Virus record (IMG/VR): IMGVR_UViG_2537562020_000004 | From: a virus | Taxonomy: Duplodnaviria; Heunggongvirae; Uroviricota; Caudoviricetes | Length of the DNA: 26,889 bases | Reading direction: 5' to 3' (one strand) | Shown here: one piece after another, positions 26,189-26,889 of the stretch | Layout of the letters: each line of letters begins with the position of its first letter | Position numbering within the stretch: position 1 is the first letter of the stretch | Notes under the pieces: generated by a model | What the model saw: only the letters and a program-made list of their open reading frames with translations | Told to the model about the DNA's origin: nothing | Databases searched by the model: none | Position numbers and translations under genes: made by a program

Positions 26189-26686
26189 ATGATGCCATTT
26201 GCTCGTTATTTCTGCATTTTCATAAATGTTGGTTTGGGAGAAGGTGCTCCAGCTATTGGCGTTCCGTTCTTCTGGCCGTCCGCTGCAATGCCAAATACTG
26301 TAATCGACAGCTGGTCCAGTATGGTGTTTTTGAAGTTCAACGGCGCGAAATTCTCTGCCACTGATTATCCTGTGCTGGCGAAAGTGTTTCCTTCACTGGT
26401 ATTACCTGAAGCCCGCGGTGATTTCATTCGTATCTGGGATGACGGGCGAGGTGCCGATGGTGGTCGCGAATTATTAAGCTGGCAGGAAGCTACAAACTTT
26501 TCTCAGTTTGCCGGGAATATAGGCGGAGGTGCGGGACACGCAATTAACTTTCATGATGGCATCGCCGGAAATCAGCCAGGATTTTCACGATTTAATTTCA
26601 CCAGTAACTCTGTGGGTGATGGTGTGAATTTTGTTGCTGTCAGACCGCGAAATATTGCATTTAACTTTCTGGTGAGGGCTAAATAA
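26189..26686 (+). CDS. H: Tail fibre H C-terminal portion (165 aa ORF starting in the inter-repeat spacer)
   Basis: ORF begins ATGATG in the spacer, re-encodes the duplicated peptide and continues ...GDFIRIWDDGRGADGG... to a stop overlapping the next gene start. Confidence 0.5.
   Translation: MMPFARYFCIFINVGLGEGAPAIGVPFFWPSAAMPNTVIDSWSSMVFLKFNGAKFSATDYPVLAKVFPSLVLPEARGDFIRIWDDGRGADGGRELLSWQEATNFSQFAGNIGGGAGHAINFHDGIAGNQPGFSRFNFTSNSVGDGVNFVAVRPRNIAFNFLVRAK
26229..26424 (+). repeat. 196 bp direct repeat, copy 2
   Basis: Same sequence as copy 1, 285 bp (a multiple of 3) downstream; 89 bp unique spacer between copies. Confidence 0.85.
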
Positions 26687-26889
26687 TGAAACCTGTTTTT
26701 GATGAAAATGGGCTGGCTACAGTGCCGGGCGATATGCGTTGTTTTTATTATGATGCTGAAACATCTGAGTATACGGGCTGGTCTGATGAATATATTAATA
26801 CTGGCGTAAGTATGCCCGCCTGTTCCACTGGTATTGACCCTGGCGAAAACATTCCGGGAAGAGTGGCAGTATTTACAGGTAAGGGATGG
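26686..26889 (+). CDS. G: Tail fibre assembly protein (Tfa/gpG-like), N-terminal part, truncated by window end
   Basis: Immediately follows the tail fibre gene with overlapping stop/start; ...SMPACSTGIDPGENIPGRVAVFTGKGW resembles the conserved N-terminal region of Tfa chaperones. Confidence 0.7.
   Translation, partial: MKPVFDENGLATVPGDMRCFYYDAETSEYTGWSDEYINTGVSMPACSTGIDPGENIPGRVAVFTGKGW

Noticed and set aside
25944-26424. Diversity-generating retroelement (template/variable repeat) explanation for the tail-fibre direct repeats
   Set aside because: The four differences between copies are not adenine-specific on either strand, and no reverse transcriptase gene is visible in the window.

Overview
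Enterobacterial (E. coli-like) chromosomal segment carrying a nearly complete P2-family, phage 186-like prophage. Positions 1-277 are the left end of an IS1 element (insA N-terminus on the minus strand) inserted into the 3' part of yfiR; intact dgcN (yfiN, GGDEF diguanylate cyclase) and yfiB follow. Downstream of yfiB comes a ~450 bp AT-rich spacer and an AT-rich orphan gene, then the prophage: integrase, a small secreted protein, a CI repressor with a tandemly duplicated N-terminal domain, the switch region, Apl-like and CII regulators, small early genes, a TraR-like zinc-finger protein, replication protein A, a LexA-box promoter driving a tum-like/DinI-like module, two ~69 bp hairpin-containing direct repeats, an intrinsic terminator and a 186-type cos site. 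After cos lie an AT-rich HExxH-motif gene, portal and large terminase (minus strand), then scaffold, capsid, small terminase, head completion, tail X, holin, endolysin, spanins, R, S, an AT-rich membrane pentapeptide-repeat gene, V, W, J, I, a tail-fibre gene H broken by a 196 bp direct duplication, and the start of a tail-fibre assembly gene. No tRNA, rRNA or CRISPR array was seen. The three AT-rich cargo genes at variable prophage junctions are the best candidates for undescribed accessory (possibly anti-phage) functions. All protein identities are from reading the translations and from memory of these families, not from database searches.
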